Notes: a model not told the origin generated them from the sequence alone. Positions 38,291 through 50,937 are shown, counted from the stretch's first letter. The stretch is DNA of 60,588 nt from Octopus bimaculoides (GCF_001194135.2 NC_068981.1:30766230-30826817); one strand, 5' to 3'. A program made the numbers and translations.

Positions 38291-40490
38291 AGCAGCAAAA
38301 ATATATATATAAATTCAGTTCTGAAAACTGAAGTGAGCAACATTGTATGAGTTGGCAGTGATCTCCTCAAGAAGCACTCTCTTCCTGATGATCTCCTATA
38401 CATCCCCAAAACAGCTGGGTTCTCTTACCTCCACTTTTCACTTCACTGTGTCCCNNNNNNNNNNGGGTTCTCTTACCTCCACTTTTCACTTCACTGTGTC
38501 CCTGTCATTTTTTCTCGCCCCTCCTTAATTCTTTTGTCCTTCTGCCTCTACCTCTCACTTCTCTTCCCACGTTACCGGTGTTCGGCCAAACCTGACCTTT
38601 CTTTCTTGGGAGGCCGTTGTGCGTGCAACATCGTTATTCCTCCCTGTGCTTGTGAAATCTTGTATTCCGGCTGTAAGGCCTTATTTCCATACACGCCAGC
38701 TTAATTTTATTCGTCCTTAGTCGAAAGACATCTGTTGTTTTGTCCTGTTATTATTCCTACTGTATTTGTGTAACATTGTTCGTTTTTTCCGTCCTATGAA
38801 TGAGTAAATATTGAAAATAAATACTCGTAAAGATGTTATTATTATTATTAATAATAATAATAATACCAGGGGAAAATCTAAGTAATTGATAATGACAATA
38901 ACAACAATAATAGTGACATCAAGCGAAATTAGCATTAAACAACTATACAATAAATTCTTAATTATATTAGAGGATACACGAAGTACCAGCTTACTAAAGA
39001 GTGGAAGTAAAAACATCCAACTTAACATCTAATCTTCCTGAAAATATGTAACGGACCAACAGAAATCGAGAAAGTGAGTGGAATTCAACATATTACCTCA
39101 GCTAAAAAGCAATAAAATAAGTTGACAGATATACTTGGATCATGATTTCGAATTCTAGCTAGAAGCTTAATTTTCCTCAGCAAGTCCCGCTGTCTCTAAA
39201 ATGAAAAATCCATCTCGCCTTTTAATCCCTTACCTTTTAATAATCCCTTACCTTTTGACTAATCCTGTCCCAAGACGTAACGAATAGTGCCGCGCCAAAA
39301 CGTAAGGGATTACTATGAGACGAGATGGAATTTTCAATTCAGGTACAGCAAGACCTGGTGATGAGAATTAAGGCTCTAGCGAGAATTCGAAATCAAGATC
39401 CAGGTATACCTAGTACCTTATTCTATGGCTTTTTAGCTGAGAAAATATGTTAAATTCCACTGGTTTGCCTGATTTCTGTTGATCCCTTACATATTTTCAG
39501 TAAGATTAGTGGTTAAGTTGGAAGATTTTACTTCCACTCTTTAGGAAGCTGGTGCTTCGTGTCCCCTCTAACATAATTAAGAATATATGTGCGCATGTGT
39601 GTATATATATATATATATNNNNNNNNNNNNNNNNNNNNNNNNNNNNNNNNNNNNNNNNNNNNNNNNNNNNNNNNNNNNNNNNNNNNNNNNNNNNNNNNNN
39701 NNNNNNNNNNNNNNNNNNNNNNNNNNNNNNNNNNNNNNNNNNNNNNNNNNNNNNNNNNNNNNNNNNNNNNNNNNNNNNNNNNNNNNNNNNNNNNNNNNNN
39801 NNNNNNNNNNNNNNNNNNNNNNNNNNNNNNNNNNNNNNNNNNNNNNNNNNNNNNNNNNNNNNNNNNNNNNNNNNNNNNNNNNNNNNNNNNNNNNNNNNNN
39901 NNNNNNNNNNNNNNNNNNNNNNNNNNNNNNNNNNNNNNNNNNNNNNNNNNNNNNNNNNNNNNNNNNNNNNNNNNNNNNNNNNNNNNNNNNNNNNNNNNNN
40001 NNNNNNNNNNNNNNNNNNNNNNNNNNNNNNNNNNNNNNNNNNNNNNNNNNNNNNNNNNNNNNNNNNNNNNNNNNNNNNNNNNNNNNNNNNNNNNNNNNNN
40101 NNNNNNNNNNNNNNNNNNNNNNNNNNNNNNNNNNNNNNNNNNNNNNNNNNNNNNNNNNNNNNNNNNNNNNNNNNNNNNNNNNNNNNNNNNNNNNNNNNNN
40201 NNNNNNNNNNNNNNNNNNNNNNNNNNNNNNNNNNNNNNNNNNNNNNNNNNNNNNNNNNNNNNNNNNNNNNNNNNNNNNNNNNNNNNNNNNNNNNNNNNNN
40301 NNNNNNNNNNNNNNNNNNNNNNNNNNNNNNNNNNNNNNNNNNNNNNNNNNNNNNNNNNNNNNNNNNNNNNNNNNNNNNNNNNNNNNNNNNNNNNNNNNNN
40401 NNNNNNNNNNNNNNNNNNNNNNNNNNNNNNNNNNNNNNNNNNNNNNNNNNNNNNNNNNNNNNNNNNNATATATATATATATGTATATATG

Positions 40491-40533
<43 letters not shown>

Positions 40534-41046
40534 GTATGTATATATGTATGTATGTATATGAGACTTATACCACGGTTTCCAGGCGTTTTATAATATATCT
40601 GCATATGTATATGCATATGTGTGTGTGTGTGTGTGCATGTGTGTGTGTATGTATATGTATATGAGTGAAGGTATGTGTGTAATAATTTGCCTGAAGTATT
40701 GCGATGAGTAAATGAAATAAATGTTCGAAAATTCTCTGAGCAACGCAGATAAGTCAGGTAAAACACGAAACGTAGTGTCATTGAATAAAAAGAGGAAAGA
40801 TACTTTTTTACCTAACATGAGTTGTTTAACGATCGGATAATATTTTGGAAAGAATTTCTCTCCACAAATAAAAAGAATCGTAAAAGAGTCACAAGAAATG
40901 TGTGGTACTGGCGGCCATTCTAGTATACTGAGCATATGGTTGTATATATGCATTGGTGTGAAGCTAGGGTTTTGTGTACGTACAAGCATAGATGAATCTA
41001 TGTGTATGGATGTTTTTGTATACATTGCTTCATGCACGTTGTTATA

Positions 41047-41465
41047 TACTCTTTTACTCTTTTACTTGTTTCAGTCATTTGACTTCGGCCATGCTAGAGC
41101 ACCGCCTTTAGTCGAGCAAATCGACCCCAGGACTTATTCTTTGGAAGCCTAGTACTTATTCTATCGGTCTGTTTTGCCGAACCGCTAAGTGACGTGGACC
41201 TAAACACACCAGCATCGGTTGTCAAGTGATGTTGGGGGGGGGGGATAAACACAGACACACAAGCACACACATACACACACATACACACACACATATATAT
41301 ATGCATATATACGACGGGCTTCTTTCAGTTTCCGTCTACCAAATCCACTCACAAGGCTTTAGTCGGCCCGAAGCTATAGTAGAAGACACTTGCCCAAGGT
41401 GCCACGCAGTGGGACTGAACCCGGAACCATGTGGTTGGTAAGCAAGCTACTTACCACACAGCCAC
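41047..41465 (-). mobile_element. SINE family A, full length
   Basis: Complete reverse complement from the head (GTGGCTGTGTGGTAAGTAGCTTGC) to the (AAAGAGTA)n tail. Confidence 0.96.
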
Positions 41466-42297
41466 AAAGAATTTTATATACAGACACTCTTGATTAGTCA
41501 GAAGGAAAACGTTAATCAACATAAATTGTGGCTGAGTATTGCATATCTGTTTGCACCCTTACTTTTCCGTCTTACTGAAGTCTATACAATAACAAATACA
41601 ATTATCGAACCAAAATCGCTACGTCCACGATATCATTTATTCTTTCAATCTGCATTCTACAAGCAAATACTTTCTTCCTATGCCTTTTCATTCCCTTTCC
41701 AACACAACCACTTCTCTTGTCTATTTATACCACACCCAATTCTCATTCACATTGCTCTACCTGCCATAGGAACAACCTGCAGAATGAACCAAAGAGCGTC
41801 ACAACCTTATGACGATGAGCAAGATGAAACTTCGGAGTCACTGTTAGCATTTACCTTCTTAAAAGTTAACATGTACTCTGCTACAAAGAATTGAGCGTTA
41901 ATTTTCATCTCCACCTGCTAGAATTAGCAACCAAATCTACCTCAAATTACACCTTACAACTACATAAAGATATGACGTCTTTAATAATGCAATTGTAATG
42001 CGAAAAAGGCAAAAATATGAAAAAGTCTGGGTCGTCATGGTTTGAATATTTCTAATCATAGGTCTGCTTACACAGAACTAACAAAATGACAAGAACTCTC
42101 TGCAGTTTTCTTCTTATTTATTTATAGTTAAATGGTTACAGAGTGATGAACCACTGAAGGGATTCGAAACGGCATTCTTCGTGGTGCTTGTCCACTACCT
42201 GAACCACTCAGCTATGTACAGCTGCTCTTTGCGCGCACATACTTGTGCAAACACATCCTGTGTGTATCTCTGTCTGTGTATATGTGTATTTGTTTGC

Positions 42298-42335
<38 letters not shown>

Positions 42336-42429
42336 ATGCTTATGTGTGAATATGTATGTGTATGTAAGTGGTTAAGTGAGGAAGAATTTGGTAAAGCAAA
42401 TAGTTAATTTGATAACCTGAATATTGTGA

Positions 42430-42880
42430 AACAAATGTAAAACGGATGATGATGATAAGGATAAGAAGGCGGAAGAGAAAGCGGTGGAGGTAGAAGAAGG
42501 TGAATACGAAGCAAGGTAGGAGTTTATTAAGGTGAAGCAGATGGAACAGAAGAAGAAGAAGGAGGAGGAGGAGGAAGAGGAGAAGAAGAAGAAGAAGAAG
42601 AAGAAGAAGAAGAAGAAGAAGAAGAAGAAGAAAAAGAAGAAGAAGAAGAAGAAGAAGAAGGGGAAGAAGAGAAATAAGAAATAGAAGAAAAGAAGAAGAG
42701 AAATAAAGGAACAGGAACAAGAGGAGAAGGAGAAAGAAAGGAAGAGGTAGAGGAACAACCAGAGTAGAAGAAAGAAAGAATGTTGAAGAATGAGAAGAAT
42801 GAGAAGGAAGACAAATATAGTAGAACAAAAAGGGATAAGAAAAAGAAGAAATCGAGGATAAAAAGGACATTAAAAATGAA
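42430..42880. repeat. purine-rich tract with (GAA)n/(GAG)n core
   Basis: Direct reading. Confidence 0.95.
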
Positions 42881-44366
42881 GGAGGAGGAGGCGGTGTATA
42901 TCGATGTTTGTTTTCGAACGTTTGATTAAGTTTGTGTTTTTATTCGGCCTTGCACAATGGTTTAATAAAACAGCTTTCAGTCGAATTTAATCTAAAAACA
43001 TAGAGAATATTCGATTTATGCCGCCGGAAGAACATCAATTTAGAAGTGAACGGCTACAGATATGTTTAGCATCGTAGAGCTGTATATTTTTTTAGTGACT
43101 GTTATTTAACAGATCTTGGCTGTTAAAGATTAGTTCTCGTTGTAGACAGAGAGAAAATGGCCGTGGAAAAATGGAAATGTAATAGTAAAGGGAGAAAAAT
43201 AGTTTAAAAAGGAAAACTTAGAATATCATTCCTTGATACCATACTGATTTGATGTAGGAACGCATTCACATAGATATACCAAGAGAAACACATATACGTA
43301 TACACATCCATTCTTTCATAGATACAAATATACACACGCACCAGCATATACACATACACACGTGCACAGAAGTTCTACGTGGATATATATGTGTGGGTGA
43401 GTGCGTATATGTTTATATGTGTGTAACTGTGTGTATATGTGCGTGCGTTCGTGTGTGCGCAACTTTGTGATTCTGTTTGTTCCCACTGCTTGAGAACTGG
43501 GTTTCATTTGTTGATGACCGCTTAACATAGCGAAATATGGGCGATAGAATAAGCATCCGATTTAAAATTTAAAAAAAACTAGGGTAGTTTTGTTCAACTA
43601 AAATCCTTCAAAGCTTGACTGAACTAGGGCAAGAGAAAGAATTACACACACATATATACATATATATAGCATTCTGCATAGTAAACTTACCTGCCAAAAA
43701 CCTGGAAACTGCGGAATTTGTCTGGAAAAAGCCTGTCGTGTAGGCGTATAGTGATAAAAAGACACTGATATGTATCCGTAGCAGACGAACGATGTATCGT
43801 AGTGGCGATGGAATGGCTAAATACACATTTTTGCTTCTTTGAGCATCATCAGTATGAAACATCCACTGGTAACTGAGTGCTAAGGTCTATGCAGCTTACA
43901 CTGGTATAGAAAAGCAGTGATTAACAAATCACAAGTCGGCAGGCTGGATAGAAACCTCTGCTACCGACTCAAACAGTATTAATTGAAAGTAGCATCCCAT
44001 ATACTTAATGCAGATATACTGTTAAAAGTTCGAAAACTGCGGTGCTCGTCATGAGAAAGCATTCCGAATTGACGTACAAAAACTGAAATATATTAATTGC
44101 AAATGCAGAATGTCTAGCAGTGGAGAAAAGGGACTACTATATGCACATTTCTGCTTCCCTGAGCCTCATCAGTCGCAAACACCCACAAGCAGACGTATGC
44201 TAAGAAAAATTTAAACTAGACAGAAATCGAAAAGCAGTGATTGAGAAACCACTGGTGTAGCAGTTAGCCGGCATACGCGATTATTTCACGAAACTAATAT
44301 CGTAATTTCCAGGTGTTTTACAGTATATCTGCATTAAGCATGAAATACAGAATGCTATTTTGAACT

Positions 44367-44744
44367 AATACTACTACCGTTGAACTAATACTGCTAATAA
44401 CGAATTTTTATCCAGCCTGCCAGCTAACTGCAACCGTGGAAATTGTTAATCACTGCCGTGTTTCAAGGAAGTGTAATAACTGGGTATATTAAGTATAAGT
44501 TACTTAAGTATGAATTTCGCTATGTTAGACGTAGGAACCAGAGAAAATTAATGACTCTATACAGCTGAAAGAGAAGTAAGAAATAAATCATTATTAAAGG
44601 AATAAACGTTTTAACGAACTGATTTATATCCAACATGAAGTTGATCAAAATTTACCACTAAGATATTAGTTTGGATGAACATAAACGTAAAGTAACCGGA
44701 AGATAATAGTTGTCTAAGTATATAATCATTGTCTCAGAATATAA
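44367..44744 (+). repeat. 378-bp direct repeat, copy 1
   Basis: Matches 47683-48060 with 6 substitutions by manual comparison. Confidence 0.95.
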
Positions 44745-45649
44745 AATAACAATTGCCGAAATATATAAAATACTGTTACGTTACTATTTGTGTATATAGA
44801 TTACAGAGATTCATTAAGAATTAATTGAAAATGCATAAGGAACAGTTCATTATGCGTGTATGTATGGGTGCATTAATGTATATATGCCGATAGAAAGATT
44901 TATGAAATAATGATATCTTATCTGGAAGATGTTAATTGCTCGAATGTTACCTGTGTAAGTCCTTAAGTTATTAATTTATTAAAAGAAAATATTATGTAAT
45001 GTATCTGGTTAAACAACTTAGGAACAATTATAAGGGAGTTAAAAAAAGGAAAGGGAATTTCACATTCCCGATGGGTATGTAAAAATGTTATACAAACCAT
45101 ATCATGTGGAATACGTTATAATTACTTAACTATAGCAGTAATTTGTAAAGCAATGGATTATAAATTGCTTTTAGGATGTACCGGACGATGGAGTAAGATA
45201 TTTTCTGGATGGGCCCGTTAACAATTTGAAAGATTGTAATTAGGAGAGTTTATCCATGTTTATATGTTTGAATAATGATAATGATAAAGATCAATAGTAA
45301 AATTTTGGCGGTGATATACAAAAGTAATTTAGGTGTTAATGATCTTTTAACGAATAATAATTTAATTGTATGCTCCCAACAGGTTGCTAATATAGCTGAA
45401 AAGGAATTCAAATTGTAATAACTGTATTCTTACATGTAACTGGGTGGTTTTGATAAATACTGGCTGTGGGAGGAATTGGAGAATATATTTGACAATTTAC
45501 TAAAACAATTCTAATCTAACAAAAAACAAATACATTTCAATAAACATTTGTGCACGTTCTCGATTAGCCGTTCCCATCAGAGAAGAATTAAAGCTTATAT
45601 TCTTGAGGGTTTTTAACAGTTTGACAAGGGTAAACAAATTTGCCTGTGT

Positions 45650-46400
45650 CGTTAGTACATAAGACTTGTATCAAATATCCTTTTGCACTATAGATCTGAT
45701 AGTCCACTCTGACACCAGACATTCTTTGGTAATAACCCCATTGATTTCCCGGGATCATTATCGATAATGTTTTGAACCTGTTGGATGAACTGCAGAGTCC
45801 TTATAGTGTGTGAATGTTTAGAATATATATTTTTCCTTTTGATACACTTAAAAATTTCCCACAAGAAATTCCATTCGAACACTCAGTACAAAACAAATTT
45901 GGGAATTTCTAAACGACCATGCTCTGCACATGTGTTAAGGATATCTGCATGTCTTTTTATTTCTAGGGAGTGGAGGCGCAATGGCCCAGTGGTTAGGGCA
46001 GCGGACTCGCGGTCGTACGATCGCGGTTTCGATTCCCGGACCGGGCGTTGTGAGTGTTTACTGAGCGAAAACATATAAAGTCTCACAAGGCTCCGGTAGG
46101 AGATGGTGGTGAATCCTGCTGTACTCTTTCACCACAACTTTCTCTCACTCTTTCTTCCTGTTTCTGTTGTACTTGTATTTCAAAGGGTCAGTTTTGTCAC
46201 ACTCTGTGTCACGCTGAATCTCCCCGAGAGCTACGTTAAGGGTACACGTGTGTGTGGAGTGCTCAGCTACTTGCACGTTAATTTCAAGAGCAGGCTGTTC
46301 CCTTGATCGGATCAACTGGAACCCTCATCGTCGTAACCGACGGAGTGCCAACCAGCTATTTCTAGGGTTTGCCTTTTATCTGCAATGAGAGATCTGAAAG
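45650..46400 (-). mobile_element. mariner/maT-like transposase N-terminal (HTH) relic interrupted by a SINE
   Basis: DKRQT|LEIKRHADILNTCAEHGRLEIPKF... then HSHTIRTLQFIQQVQNIIDNDPGKSM, with a shifted frame ...ECLVSEWTIRSIVQKDI*YKSY. Confidence 0.75.
45969..46356 (+). mobile_element. SINE family B, full length, 11-bp TSD
   Basis: TATTTCTAGGG at 45958-45968 and 46357-46367 flanks a complete copy. Confidence 0.96.
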
Positions 46401-46570
46401 AAATAAAAACATTTTATTTCATTTGAAGTGCCATTACAGAAAATTAATTGTCTTCAAATAACCCCTCGCATACTGCATGAAATGGGAAGTAAAAAACACC
46501 CTTCGCATAGCTATGAAATGTGAGGTAACGAAAAGGTCAATAAGAGTTATAAGTATAATTTAGATAAGTA

Positions 46571-47020
46571 CAGGGTGTCCATAAAGTCTTTTTACAAATT
46601 AAAAATTTATTACAAAGACGGTTTTCTATGTTTTTTTTTACCTCATTTAATACACCTCTATATAGGCATCATTAGTCGCAAGAAGCACATCAAGACGGTA
46701 CTCTATTTATTGCCATGTACACTACCATAGCCTCATCAGTGGTTGCAATCGCATCTGTTATCTTTTGCTTTAGTTCAGTAATGTCCCGTGTGTTTGTTCG
46801 ATACACGATATCTTTAAACAGCTCCATAGAAAGAAATCCAGAAGTGTGATATCTGGTGAACGTGGTGGTCACGGAATTGGTCCATCCCTTCCAATCCAAC
46901 GGTCTGGAAATGTTTGATTGAGGAACTTACAAAGATGCACTCCCTAATGTTGTGGGGTGCCATCTTGCTGGAAAAGGATGGTCGGTTGAAGGTCCTGGAG
47001 TTGTGGTGCCACACATACAC
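46571..47020 (-). mobile_element. Tc1/mariner (maT/rosa-like) 3' fragment with TIR
   Basis: LFQQDGTPQH*GVHLCKFLNQTFPDRWIGRDGPIP*PPRSPDITLLDFFLW...KDIVYRT..RDITELKQKITDAIAT. Terminus TA|CAGGGTGTCCATAAAGTC at 46569-46588. Confidence 0.92.
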
Positions 47021-47399
47021 ACAATGGCATATCTAATGCTATAGTTATTCATTTTATTCATAACATTCACTTCAAATTTTAGCTCAAGGCCTGTAATTTT
47101 GGGTAAGCAGCTTAGTCGTGCTTTACGTTGTTTTGTACCTGCCAAGAAACACACTTTGTTGTGTGTGTGTGTATGTATGTTTGTATGTATGTGTGCATAC
47201 ACACATATATGAAATAATATTACAACAAGAGGAGAGTCAGTGACATCGAAGTTGCAGCCTTCTACCCTTTCTTGGACTGCTGGACAGTCCGTCAATGGCT
47301 AATTGGATGAAACTTCAAAGACACTACCACCTCTCTTGTAAAGCATAATAAGTATGTAATCGACAAGTATTGAGTAATTATTCAGTCTAATGCTAATTA

Positions 47400-47513
47400 G
47401 GCGCAGAAGTGGCTGTGTGGTAAGTAGCTTGCTTACCAACCACNNNNNNNNNNCGACTAAAGGCGGTACTCCAGCATGGCTGCAGTCAAATGACTGAAAC
47501 AAGAAAAAGAGTA
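47400..47513 (+). mobile_element. SINE family A head and tail joined across a 10-N gap
   Basis: Head 47400-47443, N 47444-47453, tail CGACTAAAGGCGGTACTCCAGCATGGCTGCAGTCAAATGACTGAAACAAG. Confidence 0.88.
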
Positions 47514-47682
47514 TAGCTCACCATAAAACCAATTAAATCTTCTGTCTACGTTCCTTTGCGTCACATGGGCTCAACTCACCTCCTCTCTTCATTTGACACT
47601 TACCCACACAGATTCCCACTCACTCCCCCCCACACAGACACACACATACACACATACAATATATAGATATATATAGATGGTG

Positions 47683-48060
47683 AATACTACTACCGTTGAA
47701 CTAATACTGCTAATAACGAATTTTTATCCAGCCTGCCAGCTAACTGCAACCGTGGAAATTGTTAATCACTGCTGTGTTTCAAGGAAGTATAATAACTGGG
47801 TATATTAAGTATAAGTTACTTAAGTATGAATTTCGCTATGTTAGACGTAGGAACCAGAGAAAATTAATGACTCTATACAGCTGAAATAGAAGTAAGAAAT
47901 AAATCATTATTAAAGGAATAAACGTTTTAACGAACTGATTTATATCCAACATGAAGTTAATCAAAATTTACCACTAAGATATTAGTCTGGATGTACATAA
48001 ACGTAAAGTAACCGGAAGATAATAGTTGTCTAAGTATATAATCATTGTCTCAGAATATAA
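47683..48060 (+). repeat. 378-bp direct repeat, copy 2 (truncated by a gap)
   Basis: See copy 1. Ends at the N run 48061-48288. Confidence 0.95.
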
Positions 48061-48416
48061 NNNNNNNNNNNNNNNNNNNNNNNNNNNNNNNNNNNNNNNN
48101 NNNNNNNNNNNNNNNNNNNNNNNNNNNNNNNNNNNNNNNNNNNNNNNNNNNNNNNNNNNNNNNNNNNNNNNNNNNNNNNNNNNNNNNNNNNNNNNNNNNN
48201 NNNNNNNNNNNNNNNNNNNNNNNNNNNNNNNNNNNNNNNNNNNNNNNNNNNNNNNNNNNNNNNNNNNNNNNNNNNNNNNNNNNNNNNNACATACACACAA
48301 TGTATACCTATTTGTCTCTGTTTTTCTATATGTAGACTTATGTATGTATGTGTTTGTGGTGTGTTTGTGTGGGTGTGCATGAGTGGGTGTGTATATTTGA
48401 GTGTGTCGGTGAATGA

Positions 48417-48462
<46 letters not shown>

Positions 48463-48509
48463 CTGTGCGTACATGTGTGTGTATACATAGCCTGAGGTTA
48501 TTATAAAAA

Positions 48510-48848
48510 TCAGGTGGTCGAATGTTTGTAGCACAGAAACTCTCTAAGCAGATCAAACAGAATTTCACTCCCAGAAACACCCCATTTCCTAAGATATTCT
48601 TCTACAATTCTGTAACGCTTCTTCAGTCTTACAATCTCAGACTTTCAGGAACTCATGATCTCCGTCTTGGGTAACACATACTGCCTATATGATGGGTCCT
48701 CATTCAAAGAAATTTCAGGATTAACGATGCAGTCAAGCCTGTCATGGTTGTAGTCTGCAAATAATGTATGGAACAACGAGAGATCAAGATTCTTAGCATC
48801 CGCTTTTATTGCAATTCGTTTGCGGTTATGTGGACGGTATTTCCATTC
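48510..48848 (-). pseudogene. anonymous protein-like relic (113 codons, one internal TGA)
   Basis: EWKYRPHNRKRIAIKADAKNLDLSLFHTLFADYNHDRLDCIVNPEISLNEDPSYRQYVLPKTEIMSS*KSEIVRLKKRYRIVEEYLRKWGVSGSEILFDLLREFLCYKHSTT*, with the internal stop at 48645-48647. Confidence 0.4.
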
Positions 48849-50511
48849 TCATTTCGTTCTATGGAGAGGCTGTCAGAATATTTCAAAAGTTTAACTTAAT
48901 CGAATACACCGTCAACAACAGATCACTATCCCTACTAGTTTCTCACTCCCTTTTTCTTTCTCTCGGTGTGTGTGTGTGTATGTTGTATTAGGTTGGTGTG
49001 AGTATCAACCTTTCAGTTGATCGAAAGCTGCCTACGTTCAAAGTGTAGTTTCTTGGACATGCATCAGTGCATGAGACGGTACAGAAACCCTTCAACACTA
49101 ACAGATTATATTAATTATATTAATGTCAACATGTTCGTTAGTAAACAAAGAATTTGTTTTCTCTTCTCTAATATTATAACCTCTTTGTTCTCTTTTCGGA
49201 TACTTAACGGGTTTAAATAACCATAACAACTTTACATAATTTTATTGTTCCCCATCTTTCATATGGCTGTTTGTTGGGTGATGGTTCTAGTTTGATGTAT
49301 ATGAAGTCTGTGAAGCTAATATGTGAGTTGTTATGTACTAAGTCGAATTCTTTAAAATCTGTATGAATAATTTACATAACATTTCAATGATATCCATTCC
49401 TGTGATAAGGCTCTGTAAATATCCATTTCTTGGATAATATGTGTGTTCTTATTGTACCTAAGATAAACAACCACACTACTTCAGTTACTCAAACATATAT
49501 ACTAAAAACAATTTGCTCAAGTTGACATCGGGCAGTTGTTTTACTGCAAAGTCAGTCATGAGCAAGTAGAATCAAGATTGATCTGGCCCCAACTATCTTG
49601 CCATTTTCGACAATATATCTAAATGTTCCATTTTATCTTTCTTTTTATAAATGAATGACTGTTGAAGCTGAAGACTGAAGAATATTAATTTCTAGTAGGT
49701 CTAGTGTACAGGCTCCCTCGTTGATTGCCTTGCTGCATTTCGAAATTTTGAAAGCAAATTTGTTCTCTGCATGTTCACTGTTATATCTTTTAATACGGGA
49801 GTATTTATTTCCTTTTATTACTTAATAATACTTTCCCAATTGTCAACGACATTTTTTTCTTTTTTCAGGTAGAGATTTTTCACAGTATTTCTTTGTGCTT
49901 CTTCATGAAGGTATCTGAAGCTCCGTTGTTCCATTTAAAATCCGTCTTTCATTTTCATCTTTGGAGAATATAGCTGAACTATTGAGTGGTTTTATAATAG
50001 ATTGTTGTAGGATATTAAATGAAGCATATTCTGTATGTAGTAGGTTATTAAACAAGGAGTGATATTATATATGCTGTAGAATATTAAAGAAGCCTGTAGG
50101 TAAGTGCTTCATCTCTCTGACCTAACGTTAACATACATCGAAGTAGCTTCGGGTGATACACACCAACACACGCACACATATAGCGTATGGTTACTGTGTT
50201 ACGTTATATATGTGTATATACTGAAGTGCTCAATGCATGTAAAGTGCGTAGTCTTTGTTATATGTATGAAAGTTAGTATGTAATTAAATATATGCCGTGA
50301 GTATACTGTAATAGTTAGGTGGATACTAGCGACCTTACTAGTTGTGAAGAAGAGTTCGTCAATCCTAACTCTGCTTTGCATTCACTGACGTTCGTTCGTA
50401 TTTACCCGGAAAATCCAAAATTACCATTGAATTATATTCAAACACACATGCGCGCGCGCACACATGTATACATGCATCAGATGTATGTGTGTGTGAGTGT
50501 GCGTGCGAGTT

Positions 50512-50552
<41 letters not shown>

Positions 50553-50937
50553 CACATTAAGGGAGTAAATACATATCATAACTCGTGTTTTTCTCCTTAA
50601 AGCTATCCATGTTATTGTGACAAGTTCTATTTAAATCAGAACTCGAGGTACTGATAATTATCAATTATCATTCTTAGTTTTTGTCATCAATCTGACTTAA
50701 TTAACTGAAGCAAGGAATTGAACTCGCTACAATTGGGAATCAAATCCCATAACAGTTGTTGCAGCTTCCCAACAAATTTGTTGTTTCATCTGCTTGACAA
50801 TGACAGAAGAGTGAAAGATATAAGATAACTAATTAACTAAAGATGGATATTAACTTCTTTCCTCAACTTTCAATTCTTTGGTGCCTTGTTCAGGATTAAA
50901 TCTATTTTCTGATTGCTGCAAAACTGAGTCTACATAC

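Noticed and set aside
38417-38502. Biological tandem duplication
   Set aside because: Identical sequence on both sides of a 10-N placeholder gap, typical of unmerged contig overlap.
39353-39413. VQQDLVMRIKALARIRNQDP cassette on the plus strand, and the similar acceptor at about 41770
   Set aside because: Weak donors, no homology recognised, and no chain with other plus-strand candidates that I can support.
25660-46030. tRNA-like heads of SINEs as tRNA genes
   Set aside because: A and B boxes are present but there is no closed cloverleaf, and each continues into a shared SINE body and tail.
44367-48060. Interpretation as an intact LTR retrotransposon
   Set aside because: No PBS, PPT, gag or pol between the repeats, and the interior relics are far older than the repeat divergence implies.
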